Assembly: GCF_053078305.1 (NCBI RefSeq)
Contig: NZ_CP166879.1
DNA length: 64,000 nt
Direction: 5' to 3' (one strand)
In this document: positions 62,852 to 64,000 of the stretch, one piece after another
Numbering within the stretch: the first letter of the stretch is position 1
Layout of the letters: each line of letters opens with the position of its first letter
Position numbers and translations under genes: made by a program
The notes under the pieces: model-generated
Told to the model about the DNA's origin: nothing
Seen by the model: the letters and a program-made list of their open reading frames with translations, nothing else
The model's database searches: none

Positions 62852-63968
62852 ACTGTATCTGGGCGGTGAGATTTTTTCCGGCTGGCTGACGGTGAGTGTT
62901 CGTCGCTCTCTTGAACATCTGGCGGGCTCCTTTGAACTGGGGGTAATGATGCCCGGTGTACGCCTTCCGTCATCCGTCCGTGCCGGTCAGTCTCTGGAAT
63001 TGCGCATTGACGGTCAGCCTGTGATCACCGGCTGGCTGGATCAGGTCCGGCAGCGCATCAGCGCCACGCGTTTTCAGATCACGCTCAGCGGACGGGATAA
63101 AACCGGTGACCTGGTGGACTGTTCAGCCATTCATCCGGGCAGCCAGTGGAGGAACCGTACGCTGGAGCACATTGCTTCAGATTTGTGTGCTCCGTTCGGG
63201 GTCACGGTGCGCTGGCAGGTAAATGATGCAACGGCAGCCCGGCCCTTTTCCACCTTCACACTGGAAAACTCAGAAACCGTGGCAGATGCGCTGACACGGG
63301 CCGCGAGACACAGAGGCGTCCTGGTAACCAGTAATGCCGCCGGTGAACTGGTTTTCACTCAGGCCGGCAGTCAGCGTGGCGACACGCTGACGCTGGGCGA
63401 AAATCTGCTGGATTTGGATCACAACGTGGATCACCGTCTGCGCCACAGTGAATACCGTGTACGGGGGCACGGGCGTGGTGGTGGTCATGCCGGGGATGCA
63501 CTGACAGCCGGAACGCTGGCCGCACCCGTTGGTACGGTGACAGACAGTGCCATCCACCGTTACAGACCGAAAATTGTGCTGGCGGATCATGCTGTTGATG
63601 CAGACGGTGCACGCCAGAGGGCTGTCCGGGAAATGCGCCGGGCGGTTGCCCGCTCTGTGCGCCTGACAGCCACCGTGCGGCACTGGTTTCGGGAGAACGG
63701 CCAGTTGTGGGATATCAACCTGCTGACGGCTGTCACGGCTCCCCGCACCGGAGTGGAAGAGCGTGATCTTCTTGTCTGTCAGGTGGAGTTTTCGCTGGAT
63801 GCAAATCACGGCGAAACCACCCGTCTGATTCTGGCACCCCGTGACGGCTTTATTGTTCCGGCAGAGCCGGACAGCCGGGGAAACAGCGGAAGCGGAAATG
63901 CGGGTGATGTGGACGCCTTCGTGCGGGCACAGATGAAAAAACAGGGGATTAAATTCAATGATGAATGA
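62835..63968 (+). CDS. Baseplate/tail protein (Mu P / gp44-like)
   Basis: 377 aa; position in tail module. Confidence 0.65.
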   Translation: MSSRVELYLGGEIFSGWLTVSVRRSLEHLAGSFELGVMMPGVRLPSSVRAGQSLELRIDGQPVITGWLDQVRQRISATRFQITLSGRDKTGDLVDCSAIHPGSQWRNRTLEHIASDLCAPFGVTVRWQVNDATAARPFSTFTLENSETVADALTRAARHRGVLVTSNAAGELVFTQAGSQRGDTLTLGENLLDLDHNVDHRLRHSEYRVRGHGRGGGHAGDALTAGTLAAPVGTVTDSAIHRYRPKIVLADHAVDADGARQRAVREMRRAVARSVRLTATVRHWFRENGQLWDINLLTAVTAPRTGVEERDLLVCQVEFSLDANHGETTRLILAPRDGFIVPAEPDSRGNSGSGNAGDVDAFVRAQMKKQGIKFNDE

Positions 63969-64000
63969 CGAAGTCATCAGCCGCCTTCTGGCCCCCGTGA
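63965..64000 (+). CDS. Start of next baseplate gene (3'-truncated by window edge)
   Basis: ATG at 63965 overlapping previous stop (atgatgaatgacgaagtcatc...); only 12 codons visible. Confidence 0.3.
   Translation: MTKSSAAFWPP

Larger units (their letters stand above)
34440..64000. mobile_element. Mu-like transposable prophage (left ~29.5 kb; right end outside window)
   Basis: Canonical Mu order: leftward repressor, ner, DDE transposase A, AAA+ B, accessory region with gam, gemA, Mor/C activator, endolysin, spanins, terminase, portal, F, G, I, T, sheath, tube, tape measure, N, P; left boundary approximate. Confidence 0.85.

Overview
The window has two parts. (1) Positions 1-34,450 are an Escherichia/Shigella-type core chromosome segment, read opposite to the usual K-12 map: sapD(partial)-sapF, fabI, yciW, rnb, pdeR, yciZ, yciT, osmB, yciH, pyrF, lapB, lapA, pgpB, ribA, acnA, yciX/ymiA, cysB, topA, yciN, sohB, yciK, btuR, rluB. 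Between sapF and fabI, where K-12 has only ycjD, sits a five-gene minus-strand efflux locus (TetR regulator, AcrA-like adaptor, AcrB-like RND pump, outer-membrane factor, MFS transporter); the RND pump carries an in-frame TGA and the outer-membrane factor a frameshift. (2) From about 34.45 kb to the window end is the left ~29.5 kb of a Mu-like transposable prophage inserted into yciQ (only a 3' yciQ remnant is left next to rluB). It has the canonical order: repressor, ner, DDE transposase A, AAA+ B, an accessory region with gam, gemA, a Mor/C activator, endolysin and spanins, terminase, portal, head, sheath, tube, tape measure and baseplate; the right end lies outside the window. The best candidates for an undescribed system are the uncharacterised accessory genes between B and gemA, especially a visibly AT-rich five-gene cassette at 42.38-43.96 kb (a protein with three tandem Myb/HTH-like repeats plus small membrane proteins). 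All gene names are from my recall of protein families and K-12 synteny; no database search was run, and hand-placed coordinates (terminators, repeats, junctions) may be off by a few bp.
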